Shown here: one piece after another, positions 1-12,498 of the stretch
Layout of the letters: the number at the start of each line of letters is the position of its first letter
How positions within the stretch are numbered: the stretch's first letter is position 1
Assembly (NCBI RefSeq): GCF_000150275.1
Contig: NW_002060943.1
Location: forward strand, 2,076,987-2,140,986
Source: Trichoplax adhaerens
Lineage: Eukaryota > Animalia > Placozoa
Length of the DNA stretch: 64,000 nucleotides
Direction: 5' to 3'
Program-made: the position numbers and the translations under genes
Notes under the pieces: model-generated
Told to the model about the DNA's origin: nothing
The model's database searches: none
Seen by the model: only the letters and a program-made list of their open reading frames with translations

Positions 1-366
1 TAATGACCCATCGACTGATATCGACTTAAGTATGTTGTAGCTTGTAAATAAAGCCCCAATGTTTTGAATTTATCATATCTACCAACGCACTTTAAGATTC
101 ATGATTTAATTTTAGAATAAACCATAAATGTGCAAATAGGTACATTAACCTACAGAATCGCTTAGACAATTTGTGCTTTTAAATATAGAAAATTTTTTAA
201 TTATAAGATTCAAATATTTTAGGGTCATATAATATCGTCTTAACTTGAGCTACTTAGATTACAATCAAGCCATCAACGATAGCCTGTTTACATGAATTTA
301 TCCAACGTTTAACGTATTTTGCAAATGATAACATTATCTAGGATTAATTATTACTAGATGTTTAAT

Positions 367-1383
367 TTAAACACAGCCTAGCAATGCTTTCCGCGATTTT
401 ATCGCCATTGATTTTAGAAGAGATGATGGAATACCATGTACAGCAATAACTTTATTGTATTCACATAATTCATTCGGTATTGGTCCAAAGGGTCTAAAAC
501 CCGGATCATCGCGAGGCTTTAGTTTAATTTCTTTAGCCAACATTCCGACATAAGCATCATCAATCGGTATTTTTCGAACCTTTGGTACTACTGTAACCAT
601 AGAACGTACTACATCCATAGAAATGACATAGGAGAAACCGGAACAGTAATCAGGATAGGTTGATATAGGTAGATCTTTTTCACTGACGTAATATCGATTA
701 TATTCTTGCCGGTTAACAAGACAACTTGACATAACATGACCTATAAATAATTTTTTACTTTCTTTTGAAGCCAATTTTCGAAATAAGGTTGACGGATTTA
801 ACATCACATCATCGTCTCCTTTATAATAGTACTTGGCCGTATTGCAATGTAGGTTCGCCCATTCCATGCCAAAAACAGTTTTGTAGGTTAAATTACGAAA
901 ACTATCACCGAAATCAGCTAAAACGATATCACCATATTTTAATGCCTCTGTATCGACAATATTGTTAAGTGTTTTACTATAACTATCACCGATAATGAAT
1001 ATAGTTCGCCATGCATGATTGCCGAACGCATTACGGATAAAATCGGGTTTACCCCAAGTCTCACGTATGGAAGATCTGCGTTCATAATTTTTGGGAGCAC
1101 TATTGATCATCAATAAGATGATGTTATTACTTTGACAAGGCTTAGCAGATGGTCTGTTACTGAAGAAACGTAATTTGATAGGTGCTACACTGGCATTTGG
1201 GGAGATTCGAGTATCAATAGCGACTGGTTCAGTATTAGAGTCGATTATCGTAAAGCTATTAAGAAATTCTCTGCGAAGAAATAGCTGACGGCTAGCAGAT
1301 TTGAATAACGTGTAGTAAATTATGAAAGCGAAGACAAGGTTAGCAATTAAAGATAAGTAGAGCATTAAAGTTCTCCTCTCCAT
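367..1383 (-). CDS. GT31 family beta-1,3-glycosyltransferase (B3GNT/B3GALT-like), copy 1, single coding exon
   Basis: 338-aa ORF with an N-terminal TM anchor and GT31 motifs: INSAP..ERRSSIRETWG, E...YGDIV..DF.DSF.NLTYKT, KGDDDV (DxD), YPDYCSG..Y and PIDDAYVG. KGDDDV and DD.Y.G resemble B3GNT-type more than the ED.Y of B3GALT-type enzymes. Confidence 0.93.
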   Translation of the reverse strand: MERRTLMLYLSLIANLVFAFIIYYTLFKSASRQLFLRREFLNSFTIIDSNTEPVAIDTRISPNASVAPIKLRFFSNRPSAKPCQSNNIILLMINSAPKNYERRSSIRETWGKPDFIRNAFGNHAWRTIFIIGDSYSKTLNNIVDTEALKYGDIVLADFGDSFRNLTYKTVFGMEWANLHCNTAKYYYKGDDDVMLNPSTLFRKLASKESKKLFIGHVMSSCLVNRQEYNRYYVSEKDLPISTYPDYCSGFSYVISMDVVRSMVTVVPKVRKIPIDDAYVGMLAKEIKLKPRDDPGFRPFGPIPNELCEYNKVIAVHGIPSSLLKSMAIKSRKALLGCV

Positions 1384-4313
1384 CTATAATCCATTTATTT
1401 GACAAGGTATAAACCTGCAAGAGATGAGAAATTCAGCATCTCGATTGGCACGCTAATGTTTACTGTAATTTCATTCACTAACACCATCGTACGCATACCA
1501 TCAATAAATTATATCATAATATATCTTGAATTTACACTTGCCATTTTAATTATAGATTCAAAAATACCTGTTATCCATACGTTATATTGAAGAGCTGGAG
1601 TATGCGTAAGCAAGACAATGATCCACCATGATATGATTTAAAAATACCATTGCTAACAAAATCAGTATTGATCATTCAGAAGAGAGTTGAAGAGTAATTC
1701 TACCTCCTAATACAAGCTTAGCATATTACAATAGTGTACAGTAGCTAGGTGGATTGTTTACTGTTGTCCAAATTTACAGGCTAAATAGCGCTGCACTGTA
1801 ATAAGTTGTTATCGATTCATTTGTAGGAATGCAAAGATTTTAAACTCTATTCTATCAACCTCTTACAGTAATAGGAATTATACTCATATGATAGTTCAAT
1901 GAGTTGAAAAAACGTCCATTAGCCCAATAACTGACGGTGAGTCTACTGTATACTGTATGCATTGTGCAGTAAGGTATTTTGCAATACATCCTATCCGAAT
2001 TGTAATGGTGCTACAATTTTAATCAACACTTCCTTACCCGGAGATCAGTATTTCAAATTGCCATCACTTGCAATCAACCTCAAGTACAGCATTTGCAGCC
2101 AGCATTCATTAATGAAATGGTAATTTTGGTGGGTAGTGAATTAGGCTGGGAAAAGGAATTGGCATCCAAGTGGGGAAATGGAGGACAATCTGGGAGACTA
2201 CAGTACTGTACTCAGTGTACTGTACCTTCAGGCAAATGTACTGTACTGTATTGTACTGTACAGTGTACAGTATATTCACACAAAGGATTTCTCTTCTCAC
2301 TGTTCTCAGTACAGTCACCAGACCAGACCATGAGGATCTCTACTGTATCAGTACTGCAGAGTAAGGTAGCCAGAGTACTATAGAGTATAGAGGTAGTGAT
2401 CGTGATTGAGCTACATTGTATCAGGAGTGAAATCAGCAATCGCTCTTTGAACTCATTTGCTAAAGGACCATTTCTAGATAGTTAGTGGATGCAGAAAGAC
2501 GTTAGCAGTGTACTTTTGATAATTAATTAAATAGTATTAGCACTTTGATTGCTCAGTGTAGGAAGCAAAACTCCAAGATCTTATCAGCTTTCCCAGATGA
2601 TATCAAGGATGAGGTACGTACGCGTATTTGTGCTTTCTCAAGTGATGATGCTGTGAAGAATACGAGCCCTTATAAACGTATTAACACTCTGTATGTATGA
2701 ACAAACAAGTACTTTACTCGACAGAAGAAATGGATTACCTTACTTTCCAATTCATCATCTAGGTTTTAAGTTTTGTTTCCTTACCTTGACAGGCTTCATG
2801 CGATCACTCGATAGTTTGCATGATAGATATGCACTTTAATCTTATGTATTTTCTTTGTCAAGTCATGACAGAATGAATTCACTCACTGTTTCCTGTAGTC
2901 TATACGTTTGCTGTACTATTCTACTCTGCTACGGACACCAAATTGTGGATGGCAAACTAGAGCTATCATTAGCTCGAGCAAACGTGATAGGAGTTAGCAA
3001 GCATACTTCCTATTTGCTGCGGGCGATTAAAATTAAATTGATACACTTTAACTTAAATTACGTTATTAGAGTATGCACTAGTTTATTGACATACGGTATA
3101 GCACACTGTACTGTACTGTATAGTATAATATAATGTATATCTGAGATCATATGACTAGAAGCTTGTATAAAATGAACTAGAAAAACCTACCTTCTCTTTC
3201 TATGTGATACAGCATACTCAACCAAACAGTTTGCACGTAATAATATTATTTATTACATACTATTGGATACATTTACATGAAGCCTGCTACACAATTCGTT
3301 ATCAAGCCAGTAAGAGATTTTACTACCCAATTAAGATGGAATTTCGTTTTGTAGACGTACAAGATAGAATAGAATAGTAGACAATTCGTGGATAGAGAGT
3401 TGGCTGAGATCCATCAGGATATTGCAAGCCATTTCATGTACACTACTTCATTTAGAGAATACTCCAATAATCCCTGATGTACTTTACTTATTTTTCTCGC
3501 GCTATAATTTTTTTAAGTAAAGTACTGTTCTGTTAATTTATCAGCTAAAATCTTAAAAGTATTTTCTATCTCAGGCTGCATCAATGACCGAATTTTCATA
3601 ATATAGTCGCATTTTTATACTTGCAATCTCGAGATCCAGTAAATCCATTAATTATAGTTCCGGTATAGAAATATCATTTATTACACGTTCTAATACTGTA
3701 CAATTATGATTAAAGGAATTAGCTAGCAAAAAATTAAAAAGTGTATGTCAACCGTAGCAGTAGTAGAGCTGTCTTTTAGCGATGTCTATAAAGTTAGTGG
3801 CTTAGTTCTAGACATTCGATGGGTTGGAAATGAACTTTTATCATAGTTATGCTTATAGTAGCCTGCTTGTATGCGTTCGATGTGATATTGTGCAGTAGCA
3901 ACCGACAATCTACTGTAAGTCTAGTACTTTAAGGCACTATAGGTTATTAATTTGAGGATAACGTGATCTTTTATTAGAATTACACTCGAGTTGTCAACGC
4001 ATTGATATCATGGATGATTCGAAAAGTTAATTTACCAGATAAGCTTATCCTATTTAATCAATTATTCCTGTTTTCTATTTTTCTTCTCTAGCTTTCTGAA
4101 ATCTAAATGGCTTACCAAATAATAATTTGATGAAGGACTTTTCACTATCTGCTAATCCAGAATAGCGGATATTACGGCGATATTTTAATACTGTGCAACA
4201 GTGCGTATTAGTACTACTTAAACGGACCTTGCAGTGAGCTACCTACTCGCTGCGGCTGCAAGTTTCTATACAAATAATTTTACACGACCAGTTAGAATTA
4301 AATAGCGAATTAA

Positions 4314-5330
4314 ATGGATAGAAGAACTGCAACTCTCTATTTTTCTTTACTAGCCAATTTGATCTTTGCATTTGTCGTTTACTTCACCCTATTTCAGACC
4401 GTAAGTCGTCAAATCATAATCGACAGAGAAACGGTTGGTATCTATTCGACTTTGGATTCAGATGATAAGATAGATAGTACTACTTTGACGCAGGATGATG
4501 GATACGATAACATAACTGATATAAAATTACGCTTTATGAGTGGCAGACCTTCCACTAAACCTTGCAAAGGCAATATATTCATGTTATTGATGATAAATAG
4601 CGCTCCTAGAAATTACGAACGTAGATCTTCTATTCGAGAGACATGGGGTAAAGCTGATATTATACGAAGTGCCCTTGGAAATTATGTTTGGCGAACTATA
4701 TTCGTCATTGGTGATGGCCATAGTAAACAAATAAATAATCAAGTGAATCAAGAAGCATTAAAATATGGCGATATGATTTTAGCTGATTTTGGCGATGATT
4801 TTCGTAATTTAACTTATAAGACCGTGTTGGGTATGGAATGGGCGAATGCTTATTGTAATGAAGCTAAATACTTTTATAAAGGAGACGACGATGTAATGCT
4901 AAATCCATTTACTCTATTTCCTAAATTGGTATTTATGGGAGGTAAAAAATTATTCATGGGTAATATCATGTCTGGTTCTGTTGTCATCCGGCAACAAAAT
5001 AGTCGATACTATGTCAGTCTAAAAGATCTAGCTTTATCGGTTTATCCTGATTATTGTTCGGGTTTTGCGTATGTTATTTCGATGGATGTATTACAAGCTA
5101 TGGTAGCAGTCGTACCAAAAATTCGAAAGATACCTATTGATGATGCATATGTTGGCATGTTAGCGAAGAAAGTCAATATCAAAGTTCATTGGGATCGAGG
5201 TTTTAAGCCATTCGGACCAATACCCGGTAGAAAATGTGAATATAATACTGTTATTGCTGTTCACGGTATTTTACCGTCTAGGCAAAAACTGATGATGAAA
5301 GAAGCGCGTAACGCCTTTTTGACTTGTTAA
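4314..5330 (+). CDS. GT31 family beta-1,3-glycosyltransferase, copy 2
   Basis: 338-aa ORF with the same type II membrane layout and GT31 motifs; oriented divergently from copy 1. Confidence 0.93.
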   Translation: MDRRTATLYFSLLANLIFAFVVYFTLFQTVSRQIIIDRETVGIYSTLDSDDKIDSTTLTQDDGYDNITDIKLRFMSGRPSTKPCKGNIFMLLMINSAPRNYERRSSIRETWGKADIIRSALGNYVWRTIFVIGDGHSKQINNQVNQEALKYGDMILADFGDDFRNLTYKTVLGMEWANAYCNEAKYFYKGDDDVMLNPFTLFPKLVFMGGKKLFMGNIMSGSVVIRQQNSRYYVSLKDLALSVYPDYCSGFAYVISMDVLQAMVAVVPKIRKIPIDDAYVGMLAKKVNIKVHWDRGFKPFGPIPGRKCEYNTVIAVHGILPSRQKLMMKEARNAFLTC

Positions 5331-8300
5331 ATACTTTTATATAGTTTATCGAATCAATTACTGCTGTAATAAGAGTGTGCAATTCAGAATTATCATATAT
5401 CAACCATCAAATCATTACCTTTGCAACTAAGTGTTTATCATATATTATAGAGTCATGTAGAATAAAAGTAAAAATTAAAGATTTGAGTGGATTCTGTCAA
5501 CATGATGTAAATATACGCTTATATCATTTTAGTTTGATGTTCTAAGTTCTTATTCACTTTATGCGCATAACTGCTTAATTATCACTTTTTATAAAATCTC
5601 ATTATAAAGCACCGCATGTGACTACTGTTTGGGTTTAAATCTCTTGTAATATAAACCATAATTCTTTTTTTAACTTACATAGATCTATTTATAGGCAGTA
5701 AGTGGTGGCAAATTCGTTATGATGTGCACATATCACTAAGTACAGTATATACAACAGTATACTCTAAGAAAGTCCATCGTAATATTTTATATCAATTACT
5801 ATCAGAAATGGTCAGTTAAGCTTGACGTTTTCTAATTTCCTAAAGAAGTTACTGTACAGGCGTATCTATCTAAGAAGAGATACTGAATGAGTAAAAGCAA
5901 TTCGTTGAATTGCGAAATCTTTCCAATGTCTTTATAGTGGAGATGTTGCAAGAATCTTGTATCAAGTGATGGAATATTGGATAGAATGACATCGTAACAA
6001 AAAGAATATTACTGCATTGATTAAATTGTTGCCGATGCTAGTACGTGTATGACTGAAATCACAAGGTAGAATAATGCTGCATTAAATTAGATACGCTAGC
6101 ATTCATTATGATCAATGTCATTGGATGGCATTGTAATCTGTAAGGTACTCAATTAAAGTGTTTAAAGTGATGAAAATTGTATGCAATAACAGCTACAAGA
6201 AATGTGTTGAGAAATCAAGTTAGTAAAGTAATCACTTACGAATTGACAAGGAGAACATGAATTACGTACCAAAACTAAAAGTTTTTTACCTTTCTGTCGT
6301 GCGTAACTATCCGTGAGGAGTGCATAGGATATCTGTTGCACAAACAATGTAGATACAGAATGGCAACGTCGAGTCCGTTATCATAATTATTGCAGTATGT
6401 AATCAAGAAAAGTTCGTAATAATCAGCCGCGAAAGTTCAAATGCATTCATACGTAAATAATTAATAGATGAGACTTTCTCAATAATTGCTTTTAACATTT
6501 ATCTCATATTTACAGCCAAGCCAAACAGTCGTTTGAGTCTGCTACTTAAGCGTCATATGACAAATTCCCCTATAATTTTCAGTATTTTTTAGAGTGGATA
6601 TCACAGTGATCTACTCGAACTATTTCAATAAAGTAATAGACAAATAGCTAACTTGGAGTAGTACGATTGGATCGTATCTCCACTATTATTCATCGATCGG
6701 TACTCATCAATAGCAATTATATTTTCAGCAGTAGAAATTGCGACATCTGGCATGAATACGATAATATTGTTCCCCAGTTGCTATAATAACAATTGTTATC
6801 GTGTCATCAATATTGCTTAAATGAATTGTTTCGGGTTCGCTCATTGGTAAATATCGATAATACAGCGTCTGACTAAAATAAGCTAAAGATTACATATAAC
6901 TCACAAAATCTAACTTTCCACGGAGATTTTAGCTTGAATATACTATTAAAGCTAAGAATACGTCGTACTCGTACACTGTATTCGGGATGAAAGCCTTGTA
7001 ACGGATTGAAATTACATTAAAATCACATAAGTACAGTATTAAAGTAATAGATTACTTAAGACAGACGGAGTACAAGTATCGTGTATCACCTAATATACAG
7101 TATATCTCGAATAGTTTACACCAGTTCCACTACCGTTGCCGACTTTTGTATACTAACGGATAAAATCAACATTACAGAGGTGAATTCCTTTATTAATGAC
7201 ATTATATATATATTTATATATTGTCATATATAACAATATATTTAATTAATCAGTACCACATTGTGCGATTCCGAGCGTCTGTCTTGGATCAAATTTAGAA
7301 GGCACTCAACTGGCTATGATATAGCGATAATCTTTGGTGATAAATCTATTCAATTTTGTCCTATGACCCACTGTACTGTATGTCTACTCATACATGCTCG
7401 TTCAATAAATCTTATCTAACTCAGTAACGTATCAAGATATCAAGCGATTGTACGTTTATAGATGTAACTGGCGCAGTTGTTGCGTCTCTACGTTGGCTCC
7501 ATACTAAAGCTCATCTCTGCTCGCTAGGTATATCTGCTTCTTTAATAGAGATCCTTTCTTTATCTCGATAATCCTTGTCCATCTATCCGAGTTATTATTA
7601 CAAACTTGACAGTGGGTCAAGTAATTGACTGTAATGTCTAGTAAGAACAATAAACTAGAGCTATTCTTTAATACAGTATAGTATATAGTAAAGAAAAGAA
7701 ATTTTGTACATGTTGCATCAAGCCCATTTTACGTTGCAGGTTGTTTCCCGTATAAAAGGACTAATCATGGCTATTTGATTAATAGCCAGAAACAATGTGA
7801 AATAGATTTAGCAGAGTATAAAGCAGTAATTTCAATCCTATTCATTGAAACACTACATAATCAAAATAGCGTAACACGTCACAAAAGCAACTGTTGTCAA
7901 GCATTCAAATCTATATATACACAAGACCGATGTGTGCGAATAAGATTTTTACAACTCTTCTAATTCGAAAACTATTATCCATTGTACTAGTGGAATAATG
8001 ATAATTCGGTAATACATGGCACCGATATTGGATCGATAATATTAATTAGAAGTGTGTCTGTTGGTTATGATATTTTTATGATAGGAACATATGCGGTATT
8101 ACGCACAATGTACATGATGTGGATTTTGTTATAATAAAGTAATTTGCATATTCAGTTAGAATGATAATTATATCATATTTGAGTTCAACGTATTGCTGGT
8201 AATGGCGTTATACTATGAAGAAGTTGAAAATCTTAGGAAAGAGAATTATAGCTAGAACTTTTAATATTAAGAATCTAATAGACTTTGCCATGTGATTTTC

Positions 8301-8331
8301 TCTTTATCTAAAACTATCAAGAAGCCTAACC

Positions 8332-9363
8332 ATGGATAGAAGAAATGCTACACTCTATTTTTCTTTACTAGCTAATATCATTTTCGCTTTTACCATTTAC
8401 TTCACTTTATTTCAGGCTGTAAATAAAAGGATGACCATGATGCAAGAACCATTTCTTGGTAATACATCAACTTTTATTCCATCAGTGAAGGGTCACAGTT
8501 TGAATGTATCTACAAATCTTCCACCCACTACCAAGTCCATAAATTTTACACCGGTTAAACTACGCTTTATGAAAGACAGCCCTGCCGCTAAACCTTGCAA
8601 AGGCAATATATTCATGTTATTGATGATAAATAGCGCTCCTAGAAATTACGAACGTAGATCTTCTATTCGAGAGACATGGGGTAAAGCTGATATTATACGA
8701 AGTGCCCTTGGAAATTATGTTTGGCGAACTATATTCATCATTGGTGATGGCCATAGTAAAAAAGTGAATGATGAAATGAATCAAGAAGCATTAAAATATG
8801 GCGATATGATTTTAGCTGATTTTGGCGATGATTTTCGTAATTTAACTTATAAGACCGTGTTGGGTATGGAATGGGCGAATGCTTATTGTAATGTAGCTAA
8901 ATACTTTTATAAAGGAGACGACGATGTAATGCTAAATCCATTTACTCTATTTCCTAAATTGGTATTTATGGAAGGTAAAAAATTATTCATGGGTAATATC
9001 ATGTCTGGTTCTGAAGTGGTTCGAGTAAAAAATAGTCGATACTACGTTAGTAAGGAAGATGTAGCTTCGTCGGTTTATTCTGATTATTGTTCGGGTTTTG
9101 CGTATGTTATTTCGATGGATGTATTACAAGCTATGGTAGCAGTCGTACCAAAAATTCGAAAGATACCTATTGATGATGCATATGTTGGTATGTTAGCAAA
9201 GGAAGTCAAGATTCCAGTTCATTGGGATCGAGGTTTTAAGCCATTTGGGCCGATTCCATCCAAAAAATGTGAATATAATACTGTTATTGCTGTTCACGGT
9301 ATTTTGCCTACTAAGCAAAAATCAATGATGATTGAAGCACGTAAAGCATTTTTAACTTGTTAG
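8332..9363 (+). CDS. GT31 family beta-1,3-glycosyltransferase, copy 3
   Basis: 343-aa ORF whose catalytic domain is nearly identical to copy 2; the stem region differs. Confidence 0.93.
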   Translation: MDRRNATLYFSLLANIIFAFTIYFTLFQAVNKRMTMMQEPFLGNTSTFIPSVKGHSLNVSTNLPPTTKSINFTPVKLRFMKDSPAAKPCKGNIFMLLMINSAPRNYERRSSIRETWGKADIIRSALGNYVWRTIFIIGDGHSKKVNDEMNQEALKYGDMILADFGDDFRNLTYKTVLGMEWANAYCNVAKYFYKGDDDVMLNPFTLFPKLVFMEGKKLFMGNIMSGSEVVRVKNSRYYVSKEDVASSVYSDYCSGFAYVISMDVLQAMVAVVPKIRKIPIDDAYVGMLAKEVKIPVHWDRGFKPFGPIPSKKCEYNTVIAVHGILPTKQKSMMIEARKAFLTC

Positions 9364-12155
9364 CTCTTTCAAATAGTACTTGTATCGAACATTTCGAAGA
9401 TCTTTACGTTCGTATATGGCGAATGGACATTGTTAAATACCCTATAACTAAAGGTTGATTTTGTCGATATATTTCTGTTTAATAATTTGAATTGATAGAC
9501 AATGTAAGATTGTGATGACATCAGTACAGGTGAAATACTGATAGTTGGTCTAGAATTATATTGAAATAATGTAGTAACGGTTATTATGTGCGTCCAGTAT
9601 TTGATTGACGATGATACTACTATTTCATTTCAATTGTACTCGTATATCTGGATATGATTTACAATATAAAATACTCTGCTCTCCATTTATGTCTTTCAAA
9701 TGCTCAATGATTTATCTTTCGGAATGCTATGATGCATATCACCGATAAAATTGTTACTTCAGATTGACTAAATTATTACCTTCGGAATCAACATAGCTTT
9801 ATAAATACACATGCAGTATTAGTGTTGTTAATCAATAGTAATTTGTAATATCTTAAAACACTCATCTTTTACGATATCCATTGCCAATATTTACAAAATG
9901 ATTTTTGCAATCTTAGCGTATACATAACTCGCAGTAGCGCCGTACATCTAGTTACTTTTAAATCTTTTAGCTGCCCTATTAATACATAAAGTGGTAATTT
10001 GCATTTTTAACAAAAAAGTTCAATCTCAATTACAGTAAAGTCAAAACAATTATTACTTTAGACCTTGCTGCAATTAAGTTCGTTCTAGAATTATGTGCAA
10101 GATAATACATCTTGGCTATATCATTCCTTCTTCCAATTAATTCATTACGATAAAATTGAACGTTATAGTTACATTTGTGGCGTCAGATCGCATGAAGAGT
10201 GTGTTCCATTTAGTGCAATACTAGCTTATGAAATTATTTTGTAATTGCACTTTCGTAACACGTCCAAAAATGAGTAGTTAGTATCTCTAGTATTTTTAGC
10301 AGCAGTTAAAGCGCTCTATGCTGCCAAAGGTTCGCAAGAAAAATGCGAATGTTTTGGCGATTAATTAAATCAATGGATAAGACAACTGTACCGTTGGTAA
10401 TGTGATTAAAATTTAGAAAGAGAATTTAGTTCGGCTCTGTAAAATAAAGTTTATTTAGGTGTATAGCTCAGATAACTCAACATAGAACTTGGATCTGGCG
10501 CTGTCGATTTAGCACAGAAATATCGCATGCTTTACTCTTACATTAGGGGTCACAATGTTAATAGACTATTTATATTAATTTTTTCTTGTTATTATTATAG
10601 TCTTTGTATATCTCCGAAGTGCTTTCAATACTAGTTTTTCCTGCTCTACAAGACTTATCTCAGAAAGGTGGATAAGTTTATGGTTTACGTGAGAAGTGCG
10701 AAAGGAGTTTCTCATCTGTCTGTTCACTGGCAACATCTGGTCATTATTTTACTGTACTGTATGCTTGCACACTGCAATTTGAATGGCAGGTCATCCGTCT
10801 ATCTGTATATCTGCAAGAGTCGCCTTGCCTGAACTACTTCACCAGGTGGTAGTCCATGGGTGTTGCCTGTATAAAATTTCTCGTGATCGAGAAATAGAAA
10901 ATTACAAATGTACACTGTACGTACAGTCGTGGACGCTCTATTACTAGATGATATGAATATCATATGATACTGTATATGTTGTAGTCCATGGTAAGGTAGT
11001 CAAATTTTTGAACAACAAAACTATTGGAACTGATTAAGTCGATAACGCGGCCCAAATAAAGTAAAATCATTGAATCTGTAGTAGAGAGCGTTAAAGGGCT
11101 TTAAAATTCTTATAATAGTTATACAGTACAGTACGCTATGGTCCATTAGCTACATCTTTTAGTATCTCTAAGTACGTTTGACCTTCGTTGGTTAGCAAGA
11201 GCTCACGAGCTTAGCTAGTTGCCAACTAAACCCTGACTTTTCAATGGCAGTGTTCATACGTTAATACCTCGTGGCCAGATGCCAGTCGAACTATTTTTTA
11301 CGATCGATTTCGCTCTACGGTAATACTGTACACAGTACAGTACAGTACTGCAGCAACAATTTAGACCGTACATGTATTAGAGAATCAGCTCACAAAGACT
11401 TCTATTCTAGATTTCCCTACAGCAAATCATTGAATCAAAATTCATGCCCACTGCCATGTACTGACTGACTGTACTGTATTACCTTTTAACGCGGTACAGT
11501 CCATAATAATAGACTCTGGCTGCTCGTCAATCTGACGAATCACGTAGAAGCGATAGCTGATAACTCGGCGATAAGATTACCGGTGTGATATCTGATAACT
11601 GGACCTTTGTAAAAACTGTCTTTAACTGTTCATACTAGGTGGCGAATCATTAGCTTACAGTACTATAATTTTTAGAAAAGAATATAAAAACAAATGGTAT
11701 CAAAATTACCTCGTTATGCAACACCCGCAATAGCTGCAAAGTAGAAATAATCACAACACTAAATACACCAGCTATGCGGTATAGTAACAAGTTTTAACAG
11801 TAGCACAATTCTGTGCTACAAAAATGGCAAACGCATTTTCAAAGGCCATTACTTGCACTTGTTAACTCAACCGGGCCAATCCAAAATTTCTAGTTGATAT
11901 TGTATAAATAGTATTTCTTTCGTGTCAAATCCAGGATATTTGCATATTGGTTATTCTTTCACTAAGGCTGAAGCAATAATAGAAGTCTACAAGTATTCCA
12001 TGTCCGCCACATTCTTGCTTGTCTTCCGAGTAAAGCTCTTCAAGCGCTAAACTTTCCAGAGCACTATCAAAGTCCACGCGCACACAGAAATTGTGAGTTT
12101 CACTGAAATTTCTTTAGTCCATACATGTTACATACACTTTTCCGATTGACTCTAC

Positions 12156-12371
12156 TGACGTCAGCGGATAAATTTCTAAAAATTCTATTATACTATACAC
12201 TCCATAGTGCATTGTAGTATGTACGAGTATAGTACAGTGATGGAAGATCGTTCGTCATTACATCGACAGAATCAATGACAAATATCTCATTCATTACATT
12301 GGGCAGTCGAGCTTATCTCTCGACGTCAAGTCATCTATAAATACGGGATGATCCATGCTAGGCTTCACTCC
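12156..12371 (+). promoter_or_regulatory. Putative core promoter of the HLH-HMG gene (CRE, TATA box, Inr)
   Basis: TGACGTCA at 12156-12163, TATAAATA at 12336-12343 and an Inr-like TCACTCC at 12365-12371 (A is 31 nt after the TATA start). The ATG is at 12499. Confidence 0.45.
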
Positions 12372-12498
12372 ATTAGCTTCAGTTTCACATACGGATCAAT
12401 TGTAGGTCATTTTTTCTTCGTGGTTCTCCAAAACGATTCAGTTTTCGCAATTTGTTGCAAATTTTGTATATGCAATCCTTTCAAACTATTTGCTAATC

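Noticed and set aside
2093-2439. Overlapping ORFs rich in YCTV/VQYS
   Set aside because: They are translations of the ACAGT/ACTGT array, which lacks stop codons; the same applies to the ORFs at 22720-23100, 41831-42180, 42590-42796 and 43260-43484.
11925-12095. Minus-strand open stretch (VDFDSALESLALEELYSEDK...)
   Set aside because: Short, with no start codon, convincing splice sites or recognisable family.
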